A DNA stretch of 64,000 nucleotides from Selaginella moellendorffii (Eukaryota > Plantae > Lycopodiophyta): contig NW_003314273.1 in assembly GCF_000143415.4 (NCBI RefSeq), forward strand, positions 1,766,052-1,830,051. Direction: 5' to 3'. Below, piece after piece: positions 11,837 to 26,555 of the stretch. How positions within the stretch are numbered: position 1 is the stretch's first letter; each line of letters begins with the position of its first letter. Below the pieces are notes generated by a model. The model was not told where the DNA came from, searched no databases, and was given only the letters and a program-made list of their open reading frames with translations. The translations under genes and the position numbers were made by a program.

Positions 11837-14485
11837 CTATGGTCTGTTCAAAAAGCCTCGTCTCAACATGGACCTGGAATTCTCGCTCAAACCTGCTAAA
11901 GCTGTTGCAGGAAGACTATCAGGAGCTACGAGGAGCTCCTCGTCGTCAGGCCTTGTCAAATAATCTAGGCCGCCCACAAACGGGCGCCGAGGCGACCAAT
12001 CATCACTAGCAGTGCCGGTCCGTGGCCGCTTATCCTGGCTTCTTTGCCCGTCAACCCCCCCATTCCCATGGCCACCACCACCGCCGTCGCTTACTAGCGT
12101 TAAGTTGTCCGTGTTATGTACTTGCACGTCTTCTGACGTAATGCTGCTCTGAAAGAGGCTACATTCCATGGCATCCCCCACTCCTTCCCTGTCCGGCGAC
12201 TCATACGCAGCAGCTTGCTCTTGCTCCTCATCTGGCTTGGGGACGGCGGAAGAGCAGCAGGCGTCATCAGTGCACGAGCATGGCGACCTATGACCGCCTT
12301 GTCGACTCGCGTGCGCCTGCTGCCACCTCCTCTTGCCAGCCCTCTGCGCCGTCCCATTCATCATATGATTCGCAAACCCAGATTCAAGGGAGCTGTCTGA
12401 CGACTCTAACAATACCTGCTTCGTCCCCGTGCGGGAGGCTATCACCTTTTCCCTGCTCTTGACTGGGCTGCCCGGCTGGTTGTGAGCTGTTGTCACCTCC
12501 TCGCGGCAGCTCCCCCTTGAATCGGACGTCGACGGCGTTGCGGCGCCATCCACGACGGGCCGTGGCCGTGGTGATGACCTGAAAGCTTGAGCTTGCTGAG
12601 CTTGAATGCATATCAGCGCGCAGGGGCTTACCGGCGGTAGAGTAGCATGTAGGCTTTCTGGGACATGACCCTGATTTGGTCTACCTCCTTCACCTATGTG
12701 GCAGTTTTTGTGTTATAACAGCAGAAATGCACACTCAAAACTTCCAACGCCGACTCACTTTGCTGTCATCGACTTTAAACCACGCCCCGTTGCCAGCTCG
12801 CACGTAGCACACATAGTGCCCAAAGTAGGACGCGTTGAGCATGTCCACGTGCACAACCACCGCATAGAGCTCGTATGCTGGGGGAGTATCCACCGTGCCG
12901 GACATGTAAGGGACCATGTCCAGCTCTTCAGGAAAGGTGACCTTCTTGTTGATCTTACCGAACTTTCCGCCCTGCACACAGCAGAGTGATATCGCGAGGC
13001 GGACGAGCAGAGAGAGAGAGAGAGAGGTACCTGGAAACGCTTCAAGGCGATGGTCAGTATGTTGGGTGCTTCGTGAACTGACAGGCGTTTCTTTGCCCGA
13101 ACATAAGCGTTGCAGCTGGTTGGGGTGGTGGAATGTGGCGGGTAAGCTTTGCAAAGAGAGAGCTTATCGAGAAACTTACCGGTCGCACCTGTACTTGTTG
13201 TCGCCATCCAGCCACTCGGGGGACGTGAACTGCTTGAGCGCGTCCTCTAACGACTCCACATTCCCCTGAATACCCACGCTCAGGTCCAACATGTTCTCGT
13301 ACAGATTCGACCGCTGCTGGCACTGGCAACACACCACCTAGGCAGGACAAGAGCAACCAAGCGCATCAGCAAATCTGCGCCACGAGGCTGAGGCGAGCGA
13401 GGCGCACCTGGGACTGGAGGTATCCACCAAATATGTGCTGAATAAGCGTTGTCTCTTGAGTGCGGGCATCCAGAGTGGTCTCTCCCCCAGCCTCGTCGAG
13501 ACAAATCTTCTGCATGCAATCCACGGCCAACCTGTGTGCCTCGGGAGTTAAAAACACACCAACGACACCAACGAGCAAGCTCACCGCATAAACTCATGAG
13601 CATCCTCTTGCCTGCCGTAACCGAGGCTGTTCCCTATGCTCCTCAGCCTGGACAAGATCTTGATAGGGGAGAAGGGCATCTGGTTATTGAATGCCTTTTG
13701 GACGTGGTCCTCCAGCTCGCACATAAAACACCAGCCCTCCCGCTGACCTGGGAACGCACAGTCAGAAACTCGTCGGTAAAGTTGCACACCTCACAAGCTT
13801 CCTGGTGCATCCCATGCAGAAGATAAGCAGCTAGCGGCCTGGTGGAGGCTAGGCACTGCAGCACCACATTCGCGTAGCAACTGCAGGCATTGACGGGGAG
13901 AGGATCGCAAGATTAGATCCGTTCCACAGACACACACACACACAGACACATACCTGTTGCCGCAGTTGATCAATCCGCAAGGCACCTTGGAAATGTTGCA
14001 GCTAAAAAACTTGAGGAAGTCCCTGTACGGGAATAAAATCTGTGGCAGCTCTCTATTAGCGAGACCAAGATAGGGGGGAAACTGGGAAGGAGGAAAGCCC
14101 ACCTTCTTTGGCTTGGCAAGGGTTCCGTCAAGAGCACACAAGGCATGCTCTCTCTTGTCTCTGCTGACCACAACCTTTCTGGGACATTCCAACCGATGGC
14201 CTTGCTTCCAGTGCTTCCCCTGACACTCCAAGGTGCTGCGCCAAGCCAACAAGCCATTAGCACCAATGGCGACGGGATTGACTCCAATGTATGTGGCTAC
14301 ATTCCGGGTTTTCTTGCACTAGGNNNNNNNNNNNNNNNNNNNNNNNNNNNNNNNNNNNNNNNNNNNNNNNNNNNNNNNNNNNNNNNNNNNNNNNNNNNNN
14401 NNNNNNNNNNNNNNNNNNNNNNNAGCGAACAGCGCGTGGCCGTAGGTGTCCGGCATAGAACACACACGGGCCGGTTCGCCAACAT
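11837..14485 (-). CDS. Ubiquitin-specific protease of the UBP15-19 group (zf-MYND + USP domain); spans a 100-N gap; start uncertain
   Basis: [13 protein letters not shown] and [14 protein letters not shown] (MYND). Cys box [28 protein letters not shown], His box [25 protein letters not shown], and AYMLLYR. Confidence 0.9.
14324..14423. other. Assembly gap (others at 16669-16938 and 18609-18708)
   Basis: N runs inside the UBP, monooxygenase and PMDH genes. Confidence 0.99.
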
Positions 14486-15247
14486 GGGTCCTGCTATTCA
14501 TTCAGGACCCTCCTTGCCTTTCTTGTCTCTGCACACTCCAAACACTCCAAGAGGCACACCATGGTGCTGCTGCTCCTGCTCCTGCGTATCATCCGCCGCA
14601 CAGAAAGTTAGCTCCCTCAGACTCCTCATTCCAAGTGCAGATGCCCAGCATCCATGACCATGATGACCTCGCCATGGACGCCATGGCACCATGCAGCCAT
14701 GGCCGCGGTTAAACTAGTAGAAAAAATTCCCCTCTCGGCTAAATTGAAATTACACATTGACCGCCTATCGCCGGTTGGCCGGCAGCGCCACGACCGGTCA
14801 CAACGGGTCACCCCACACACCTGACCTGCTGTTTTATCATACGCGGCCGCCGCCTGCCGTTATAACTACTCCCCCTTTACCATTCTGGTTTGTGCAAGGG
14901 AATATGCTCTGCGGTGCTCGTGGCACGCCTTGAGCGCCTTCACCTCTGCGACACACGGAGAGGCGATCCCGTAAGAAACCACGCATTCAAAGACCCAACC
15001 AACCATCTTGGCAATTCTTCCAGTCCCGGTTGGTATTGATCAAGCATGCCTGCAAAACCGCAAATTCCTTTTTGCTACGACCAGAATGCAAACAACGTAA
15101 CCTGGAGCCTTTCGTACACGGGTGCGCACTCCTGCAGCTGTCGCACGCTGTCGTCGCCGCCGTCGCCGCCGTCGCCGTCCCGGCCGCTGGCTGGAAGAGG
15201 GGGAGACATTTTAGCTATTAGCTGGCTAGGTCTCTTTATCTTTGGCC

Positions 15248-17150
15248 ATGGCCTCGCCACCGCACGCGGTGATTGTGGGAGCCGGACCTGCGGGCTGTCT
15301 GACGGCAATCTACTGCATCAGGCGAGGGTTCCACGTCCATCTGTTCGACAAGAGGACGCCACCTGCAACAGCAGGTAGAGTTACAACCATTGTGTTTGCT
15401 CTGTGAAATTCAATCCGCTCCGCTGCAGACAGATATGTTGGAAGCGATTCCCGCTCCTACACAATGCTACTTACCTGCCGGGCCATTGAGGCGCTCCAGG
15501 CAGCACAAGTGCAAGTGCCCAGCTCGCTCATGGGGCCACTCGTAGGAGGCTGTGTGCATCTGCCCAACAAGAAGACGGTACGTGGCCAAGACTTCTTCAT
15601 CAAGAATCTTCTTTTGGATGCGGCTGCAGAGAGTGTTCACCTATACGAACGGGAACAGTGCCAGCTACGGTATAAGCCGGAACGGACTTGTGTGGTACCT
15701 CCAGCGCGTGCTTCTCCAAAGGTACAGGCGAACTCGATAGACCGACTGCATGCATGTTATGCCTGTCTGTCCCAAGATATGCGAGCCATGTCTCGACCCA
15801 CTTTGAATATGAGCTGGCCAAGATAGACGATGACAAGTGCGTGGCAGTGTTCCAATCCACTCGCGAAGGTATGCTTCTAGCGCCGTCAGGGTGAAACGCA
15901 ATGCGTTTCGTGTGCCCGTGCAGATGGCGACAGCATACAGGTGGAGTATGGCCTACTCGTCGGCGCTGATGGAGTTTCGAGCAAGACCCGGAGCGAGATG
16001 TTGAGGCTGGAGGAGACTCGACCAGAGTAAGCCTTTGCTTTTCATGTTCTCCCCGCAAAAGGGTTGATTATTGTGTCCAGGGCTCCCCCGCTCACTTTCA
16101 AGTATACCCGCAATCCTGAAAGCTACAAGTCGTTCTACGTCTCTCCCGCACTGGCAAAGTCTTCTCCACTCTATGTCCATCACAATTACGTCCAGGTCTG
16201 TCCACCGACTGCAAGCGAATCTAATGTGATTTGAGCCGCACCCTTGTCTCAGAGCTGGCCAGCTCTCAACATGTTGCTGGTTGGCATGGCAGACGGCAGC
16301 TTTTGGGGGGGCTCCAAAAATTCGGAGCTTCTAAACGCAACCAGCGGCGCTGCTGTTGAGCGTATCTTCAGGTAAAGTCCATTGGCAACTCCCTTGTCAT
16401 GGCTCTGTTGTATGTATACACAGGGAAACAGCTCCCGAGGTGTATGATTTACTCTGTCAGCAAAACTCCGACTTTAGTGAGGATTACGCAAAGCAGCCAC
16501 GCATTTCGTTTGGTGGCGCAGTCGTCCTCTCCCGCTTCCACCGCCGCAATATTGTGCTCGTCGGTGACGCCGCTCATGCCATGGTAAATCGCCATATCCT
16601 TATCTTGTCGCTTAAAGCACAGAGTTGTCGCAGTTCCCTTCATACGGCACCGGCTGCAACGCTGCACTNNNNNNNNNNNNNNNNNNNNNNNNNNNNNNNN
16701 NNNNNNNNNNNNNNNNNNNNNNNNNNNNNNNNNNNNNNNNNNNNNNNNNNNNNNNNNNNNNNNNNNNNNNNNNNNNNNNNNNNNNNNNNNNNNNNNNNNN
16801 NNNNNNNNNNNNNNNNNNNNNNNNNNNNNNNNNNNNNNNNNNNNNNNNNNNNNNNNNNNNNNNNNNNNNNNNNNNNNNNNNNNNNNNNNNNNNNNNNNNN
16901 NNNNNNNNNNNNNNNNNNNNNNNNNNNNNNNNNNNNNNTTACCCGGCTTGTTTGGACGGTAAGTGTCTTTGTTGTAGCTGAGCCTCTCTCGCTGATGCAT
17001 TGCTCTGGAGTCAGGACTTCGTATCAGCTGCTGTGGTCGCATGTCCCGTTCAAGAGCATCATGCAGAAGAAGCGGGTCGAGGACACAGTCTTCGCCGTGG
17101 CCCTTGTCGCCCCCGTTGCGGCTCTCTTGTTTGTTTTAAAGAGTGTCTAG
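15248..17150 (+). CDS. FAD-dependent monooxygenase, kynurenine 3-monooxygenase-like (multi-exon, spans an N gap)
   Basis: MASPPHAVIVGAGPAGCLTAIY (GxGxxG), RSYTMLLTCRAIEAL, LLVGADGVSS (DG motif), VLVGDAAHAM/PSYGTGCNAAL (GD motif), and a C-terminal hydrophobic tail. Confidence 0.8.
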
Positions 17151-17194
17151 TCCAACTCATAATACGACTAGGGTTTGTGGCGAGAGGGGGAGCT

Positions 17195-17620
17195 ATGTCG
17201 CAAGCGGAGGACGCAGCTACGCCGCAGGCGGAGAAGCAGGAGCAGAAGCCCGCCGAGGGCGTCCACATCAACGTCAAAGTGAAGAGCCAGGTAGCCCCCT
17301 CTGTCGAATCCTCTTCCCTCCGTGCTATCTTATGTGCGGTTGTTTCCTCTAGGATGGGAACGAGGTGTTCTTTAGGATCAAGAAGAACACCCAGTTCAGG
17401 AAGCTGATGACCGCCTATTGCCAAAGGCAGTCGGTGGAAGCTGATGCGATTGCCTTTTTGTTTGATGGGCGCAGGCTCCGCGCGGACCAGACACCCGAGG
17501 AGGTAGAGTAATCCCTCGCGCCCACATGCACCGACTGACTTGGCCTGTCTCTCTCAGCTGGAAATGGAAGACGGCGACGAAATCGACGCCATGCTCCATC
17601 AGACCGGGGGCGCCTCGTAA
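17195..17620 (+). CDS. SUMO: Small ubiquitin-like modifier (SUMO), 3 exons
   Basis: [32 protein letters not shown]...[36 protein letters not shown]. Confidence 0.97.
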
Positions 17621-17734
17621 GCTCCTCTCGCACATTTGTTGTCAAGCCTCTGGTTTCTAATTGGTATGTAGCTAAGGACTTCCCGTTTCTTATTGTCTAT
17701 TATTATGCACCTGTAATCACAGCTCCTCTAGCTT

Positions 17735-19142
<1,408 letters not shown>

Positions 19143-19229
19143 TGCTCTTGTTGCCCTAATTTGAATTTTCTTTCACTCCCGATAAGCTCTAGCACACTGA
19201 CACTTGTGGCTATTCTTGGTCATCCTTTT

Positions 19230-20100
19230 TCAATAATCTGCCCTTAACAAGTATTTTGTTTATTAGTATAAGGGACCATAATAGTAATTATGGCATAAAA
19301 AAATTTTATCATAAAAGTATTAATGTGATTCAGTATTACACACACCTGAGATTAGAATATAAAAAAATAAATGAGTATGAATGATAAGGGCTATAAAAAA
19401 TTAAGAAGATGATATTTATAATAAAAATATAGGTAGAAATAGATATATATTATCATAAAAAAAGACATTATTTAAAAAATATTTAATATATTATGATAGT
19501 TTTATTTACATGTTATTTGAAATTCATAGTGAAGGGATGAAATCCTTTTTTTGTAAGAAGAAATATTTCTTTGTATACTATATAATTAAAAATAAAATTT
19601 AGAAGTAAACTAAATATTAGAATTATATACATATAATTTAGGATTAATATGAATTTTATTTATTTATTTATTTATGATATAATATTTGTGTGTATCTCTA
19701 ACAAATTTATATAAAATTTAAGGTGTGTGTATATGTATGTGTGTAATTACTTTAATGCACTATAGCATATAATTCATCCATTCGTCCATTTGAAACTAAA
19801 TTTGATCCATCCATTCTTATATATAAATAAGGGCCAGTTAATATGCTTATTCCTATAGTACTCATAATAGTATTTATTTCACAAGAAAGTAAGATGAGCC
19901 ATTATGGTTTAATATATAATTTCTAATACTACAAAGTAAATATGCTATTTTTAATAGTCTAGGATATGAATTGTTTAATAGGGATTAAATCTGATCCATC
20001 TATTCATGTATATAAACATTCATTTTTGTACTCATGGGAATCACAAACATTTTTTTGTTTTTGGATTTTGTATTATTGTCATAGCATAATTAGGTAACTT
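19230..20100. repeat. Extremely AT-rich island, probable transposon remnant
   Basis: Abrupt compositional shift. Degenerate internal repeats (TGATCCATC-ATTC-T-TATATAAA near 19803 and 19992). No ORF. Confidence 0.4.
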
Positions 20101-20623
20101 GGCAGAAATGGATTAGTATAAAATTCAGTTCAAGCAAATCCCGAAGAGGTATGATCAAACTTTCATCATCAGCAAAGCAAACCCATACAAAGCTCACAAA
20201 GCATCCATCAGTATGCTTCAAGTTGTGCACTGCGAAACTATCAAAACACCATATAGATAGATAAATAGATTTCTTTTTCTCCATAGAAGCGAGGTGTTAG
20301 CAAAGTAGCAAAAAGGCATGACTATCAACGTTGCTGCTAGAGGAAGTTGTTTGCAAGCAAAAACACACTGGCACATGGTGCGCTCGTGGAGGAATACTTT
20401 GACTGTGGCATAGGAGAGTCTAGATGACTCTTCATTACCTTTATTTGCAAGAAAGCATCCTAAAGTTCAACTGTATACTCACATTGTGACGAGTCTTGGT
20501 AGGGGAGCTATATTATACCCAGTACTAGCTAGACGTACCATTGACGAGTTCCTTGCTGAGTAGCGGTATAAATCAAGGATGTCTCAGTGCATGCGCAGTG
20601 GAGTGGAGTCACTGAGCAGAAGT

Positions 20624-21738
<1,115 letters not shown>

Positions 21739-21820
21739 AAAACTGTCCCGGCCTGGTTTTGCATAAGAAAGTGATGTATACCACCTCTCTAAATAAACTT
21801 GTGAGCTCCGCTCTGCTCCG

Positions 21821-24154
21821 CTAGCTCTCTCTTGCACAGATGCCAGACATCATTACGTAGGCTGCAGCATTCTTGGTGTCATCGCCCTCCACTGCCACGA
21901 GTTCATCGAACGCACGCTTGGCTACTTGTGCGCTAGCAGCGAAGGTCGACGACGTCGTGCAAGCCGCAAGCAGTGTGGTCCATGTCACCGCATTCGGTTC
22001 CACACCCTGCGTAGCCATGGCCTCGACCACCTCCAAGGCCTCCTCCACCCGGTTTGCACGGCCCAGCATGTCAACCAGACAGTGGTAGTGCTCAATCTGG
22101 GGCTTGACACCGGCTCGGTCGAAATAGTACTTGCCGGTGTCAACCAGACCCGCACGGCTGCATGCGGCGAGCAGGCATGTTAGAGTGGTAGCATCGGCGA
22201 CCACCCCTTCCTCCGCCATTTGCCGCAGCCACAAGGCAAGGCTTTCCGGGTTGCCTTGGCGGCTCAAGCCCGACAGCAACGCATTGAGGGTCGCGGCACC
22301 AAGTGGAGAAGCAAGCGACTCGAACAGCAGCTCACAACGGAGCATGCAACCACACTTGGCGTACAAGTCGACGACGCATGTCTCCAAACGCCGACGACTG
22401 CTCGCTCCTCCTTCTAGTAATCCCAGCCTGCAGACTTGGGCGTGGATTTGGCGGCCAGCATCGAGGGCAGCAGCACCAGCAGCGGCTTCGAGTGCTACTG
22501 CCAAGGCCCCCGCGTCCAGCGTTGCTAACTGCCACGAAAACAAGAGAGTGAGAGCTACGAGTGGCTGGCCCGCCTCCGTGTAGCCGGAGACGAGCGACGT
22601 CAAAGCAGGCAGCAGCAGATGATCGTCCTTGCCGTGCTCCAGGAGCGCCCGCCTCCACACCCGTGCCGCATCTCCCAACGCCCCACACTTGATATACATC
22701 AGCACCAAGCTATTTGCAAGCCGAGGATTACAACCAAGTGCGCTGCAGCGAACATACTGCTCCAGGGCCATGCCTGTCTCCAGCAGCGCAATGTTGCTGC
22801 TCCCCGCTCGTTTGGACGCCAGCCCGGTGACGGCCTTGAGTGCAGCCACCAGAGTGTGGGCATTGGGCTCCAGCTCCACGTCTTGGCATCTCATCCTCGC
22901 AAGGAGCTGCAGAGCCGACTCTTCGTCACCCGCATCCACAAGACCCGACATGAGACACGTCCAGGACACGATGTTTCTGCACCGCATTTGCTCGAATACC
23001 CTCGTCGCATCCAGCAGGCTCCCACACCTGGCATACATTGCTACCAAGGAGTTGGCCACGAAGACATGACTAGATGAATCTAGCCCGGGTGCAGCAACGG
23101 CTTCCAGAAGGAGCTTGTGAATCCACATTCCTCTCTCCAGAGATGTGAGCTTGATGACGTTGTGCACACCGTCAAGGAGTTGGCCTTGTTCTTGCACTGC
23201 CATCTCCGCCACCGCCTTGAGGGCTGCTGCCAGCGTGTGAGCATTGGGGGGGCATGTCATGGCGGCCAGGACCGCGAGTGCCGATTGCTCCTCCCCGTTG
23301 TGTGTGTAGGCCGACATGAGCGACGTCCAGGTGTAAACTGTGTGGCTGGCCGCGGGGATGCTGTCGAAAGCACGCTCCGCATCACACAGGCTCCCGCATT
23401 TGGCATAAGCATCCACAAGGCTGCTGGCCAGCAGAGAGTTGGCAAGTAGTGGGCCGCTTGATGCGTGGATGGCCATGCAAATCGCTAGGCATCTCTGCTG
23501 CTGGTCCGATTGCTTGGCTGCCAGCCCCGAGGAGGCCTTGAGCGCAACCACGAGAGCCGAGGAGTCGGGAGCACAATCGATCATGCCCAGAAGCTCCAGA
23601 GCCATGCCTTGTTCATGGTTATCAGCGTAGCACAGCATCATGCACGTCCACAGCACCACGTCCGGGTGGCGGACCCTGTCGAACACTTGACGGGCTTCCA
23701 GCAGGCTGCCATGCTTGGAGTACATGGTGATCAATGCAGTGGCGACGCGAGCCTCCGAATCCAGTCTCATGTCCCGAGCGTGCCTGTGGATGGCAAGGCC
23801 TTGGGCGCGGCTGGAGCATGCCTTGAGCGCAATGAGGAAGGTTACCCTGTCGGCTGGAATGATGCGATGGAGGAGCAAGCGCAGAGCCACGTCGGGGTGG
23901 CCGGATTGCGCGTAGGCGAGCATGAGCAGGTTCCAGGACGCGGAGGTGTGGCGGGGCATGGCGTCGAAGGTCGTGTGAGCCATGGTGGCACAACCACACC
24001 TGGCGTACATGCTCAGCAGCGCATTGGCAACCCGCAGGCCCGAGTCGTCCCCCGTCCTTGCAGCGTCCCCGTGCACCACTCTCCCGCGCTGCTCGTTGGC
24101 ACACGCCTTGAGCGCAGCCACCAGGCCACGCACCCTCGACGCATCACTGGTCAT
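21821..24154 (-). CDS. Divergent PLS-class PPR protein with E domain, intronless
   Basis: ANSLVAMYARCGSLLDA, HYHCLVDMLGRAN, WTTLLAAC, YVMMS. The start Met (MTSDASR) is inferred; the ORF is open to 24268. Confidence 0.85.
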   Translation of the reverse strand: MTSDASRVRGLVAALKACANEQRGRVVHGDAARTGDDSGLRVANALLSMYARCGCATMAHTTFDAMPRHTSASWNLLMLAYAQSGHPDVALRLLLHRIIPADRVTFLIALKACSSRAQGLAIHRHARDMRLDSEARVATALITMYSKHGSLLEARQVFDRVRHPDVVLWTCMMLCYADNHEQGMALELLGMIDCAPDSSALVVALKASSGLAAKQSDQQQRCLAICMAIHASSGPLLANSLLASSLVDAYAKCGSLCDAERAFDSIPAASHTVYTWTSLMSAYTHNGEEQSALAVLAAMTCPPNAHTLAAALKAVAEMAVQEQGQLLDGVHNVIKLTSLERGMWIHKLLLEAVAAPGLDSSSHVFVANSLVAMYARCGSLLDATRVFEQMRCRNIVSWTCLMSGLVDAGDEESALQLLARMRCQDVELEPNAHTLVAALKAVTGLASKRAGSSNIALLETGMALEQYVRCSALGCNPRLANSLVLMYIKCGALGDAARVWRRALLEHGKDDHLLLPALTSLVSGYTEAGQPLVALTLLFSWQLATLDAGALAVALEAAAGAAALDAGRQIHAQVCRLGLLEGGASSRRRLETCVVDLYAKCGCMLRCELLFESLASPLGAATLNALLSGLSRQGNPESLALWLRQMAEEGVVADATTLTCLLAACSRAGLVDTGKYYFDRAGVKPQIEHYHCLVDMLGRANRVEEALEVVEAMATQGVEPNAVTWTTLLAACTTSSTFAASAQVAKRAFDELVAVEGDDTKNAAAYVMMSGICARES

Positions 24155-24174
24155 TGCGATTAGGGCAGGAGCGC

Positions 24175-26468
24175 ATGGACAAGCCGCGCACGCCGTGGCG
24201 CCGCCGGCTGCAAGGCCTGGATCTCCTCCTTGTGCCACTCGTCGCTGCCCTCCATGTCTTGATGGCACCCTACACCAAAGTGGAGGAGAGCTTCAACACA
24301 CAGGCAAGCCTCGCGTTTATGGCTCTTTCTTAGCTCAATCCTCCGTCCAGGCAATGCACGACATTCTCTACCATCACTACCATCTCCAAGAGGTGAGTGA
24401 GAGCACTCGTCCAGCCACTTGAGCCTTGTCTTCCTTTCCAGTATGACCACCTGGAGTTTCCCGGCGTTGTCCCCAGGACATTCATTGGTAAGCTAGAACT
24501 CCTCTTCTTCGTTTCCAGCACACTGTGTCTTCCAGGGGCACTGGTCGTGTCGGCGTTGGCTTCGCCGTATGTCACTCTGTTCAAGCTGCTTGGCCTCCCC
24601 AAGCTCTACTCCCTCTGCGCCGGTGAGCACATAGAGCTGCTTTCTTTGCCAAGCTCACGTCCTCGCTCGCTAGTTCGTCTCGTGCTCGCCAGCATCGTTT
24701 TGGGAAGCATGTCCCTCATGCGTCGTGCCATCAGCAACGAGTTTGGGAGCACGGTCGCAAAGGCGTTTACAGTTATCACAGCAGTGCAATTCCACCTCTT
24801 GTTCTATTGTTCGCGGCCACTTCCCAACGTCTTTGCTCTCGCCTGCGGTACGTCCCAGTCGTTTTCATGTGCTGAGCCTCATTCTTGCAGTCAATGTGGC
24901 CTATTATTTCTGGATCCGAGGCAAGCCGAGGGAAACACTGATCTCTCTGGTAAGTCGAACCATTATCCTTAACCTGTCAAGCTTTTCTATCCAGGTCTTC
25001 GGTATGGTGGTCTTCCGATGTGACATAATACTTCTGGCTGCTCCGATTGGATTGAGCTTTTTCATTGTGAGTCCGTGGATCTTATGACCGAGTGTTGTTC
25101 CTCATGCATGCGGCTGCTGTTATGACAGACAAGATCCGTGACTGTGGCAGATGCGCTCAAGTGGTGCATCCCCGCAGCCATTGTAAGTGCTGGTACGAGC
25201 ATAACTGGGCTTCCTGTGGGCGAGGCTGACGGGGGACTGGCCTTGCAGGCTTAACGTTCGCGGTGGACTCCATCCTGTGGAGACGATGGGTGTGGCCCGA
25301 GTGGGAAGTCTTTTGGTTTAATTCCGTTTTGAACCGCAGTTCCGAGTGGGGTGTCTCTCCCTTCCACTGGTATTTCTCTTCTGCGCTTCCACGAGCTATG
25401 CTGGCTGCTTATCCATTGTCATTTGTAAGCTTGATGACAAGCTTGGATTATCTCACCTATTCGTCACCTGCATCGCATGCAGGTGGGATTGGCTCTGGAC
25501 AGGAGAATTCGGAGGCTTGCGCTTCCAGTATACGGCTTTGTCATCCTTTATTCCAAGCTTCCTCATAAGGTTTGTCCTGTATATCCTCGAGCTGGACTGA
25601 CACATGCTTGTCACGCAGGAACTGCGCTTCATTCTGTTTGCTGTACCAATGCTTAACCTGGCCGCTGCGGCAGCCATAGCACGCATGTAAGTAGCTGTTT
25701 CAACTGTCAAAGCGCTGCCTACACTCGACATACAGATATAACAATCGTCGTAAACGACTCTGGTCCCTTTTCTACAATGCCAGCCTTGTTCTCTTGACTG
25801 CAAGGTGAGCATTGCGCTTGATTTCAAGGTGGTCGCGACTAATAGCAGGGAAGAAACACAGCTTCTCGTTTGCTTTGCTGTCGGCAGTTGCATCGTACAG
25901 AAATTATCCTGGCGGCCAAGCTATGGCACTGCTTCATGATCTAGGTTCGTCAATCCACTTGTAACTCACTTCCAACCCTGGCGAAACCCAGATACTGGCG
26001 GCCAAGAGGCTCGCAGGTCTGTCCATATCGATGTTCTTCCGGCAATGACGGGTGTCTCACGCTTCTGCGAGAGAGGACCGCCATGGAGGTAAGATTGCAG
26101 ATCAACTTCTGCCTGTCTGTATACCTCAATGTGCGATCGCATTTGCAGTTATTCCAAGCGAGAAGGATTAACGCCCCGCGAGCTGCGTGAGAGCAACTTC
26201 ACGTACCTTGTGAGGTAAAGTGAAGGAAGGTGGTGTCCAGTGGAATGACTCGTTTGCTGCTACAGCGCACAGGCAAATGTCGCTGGATTCGAGCGCGTGT
26301 TTGCAGTGGAGGGGTTCTCGAGGATAGCCTTGCAGCCTTCATCCTTTCCGCCTCTGATAAGACTGGTGAGTGAACTGATTGTTTTGCGCTACCGTACACA
26401 GACAAAAGGGATTGTCTCCACTCCAGGTGAGCGAGCCCCAGGTGTACGTTCACGTTCGAAGCAGATAA
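24175..26468 (+). CDS. ALG12: Dol-P-Man:Man7GlcNAc2-PP-Dol alpha-1,6-mannosyltransferase (GT22)
   Basis: [83 protein letters not shown]. First intron is GC-AG. Confidence 0.95.
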
Positions 26469-26555
26469 TGTGGAGTCATTTGAACTTTTGTCCCTTTGGC
26501 GGGAAGCTGGTGTTTAGAGAGAGAGAGAGAGGGGAGAGAATCTAGGGCTTGAGAA

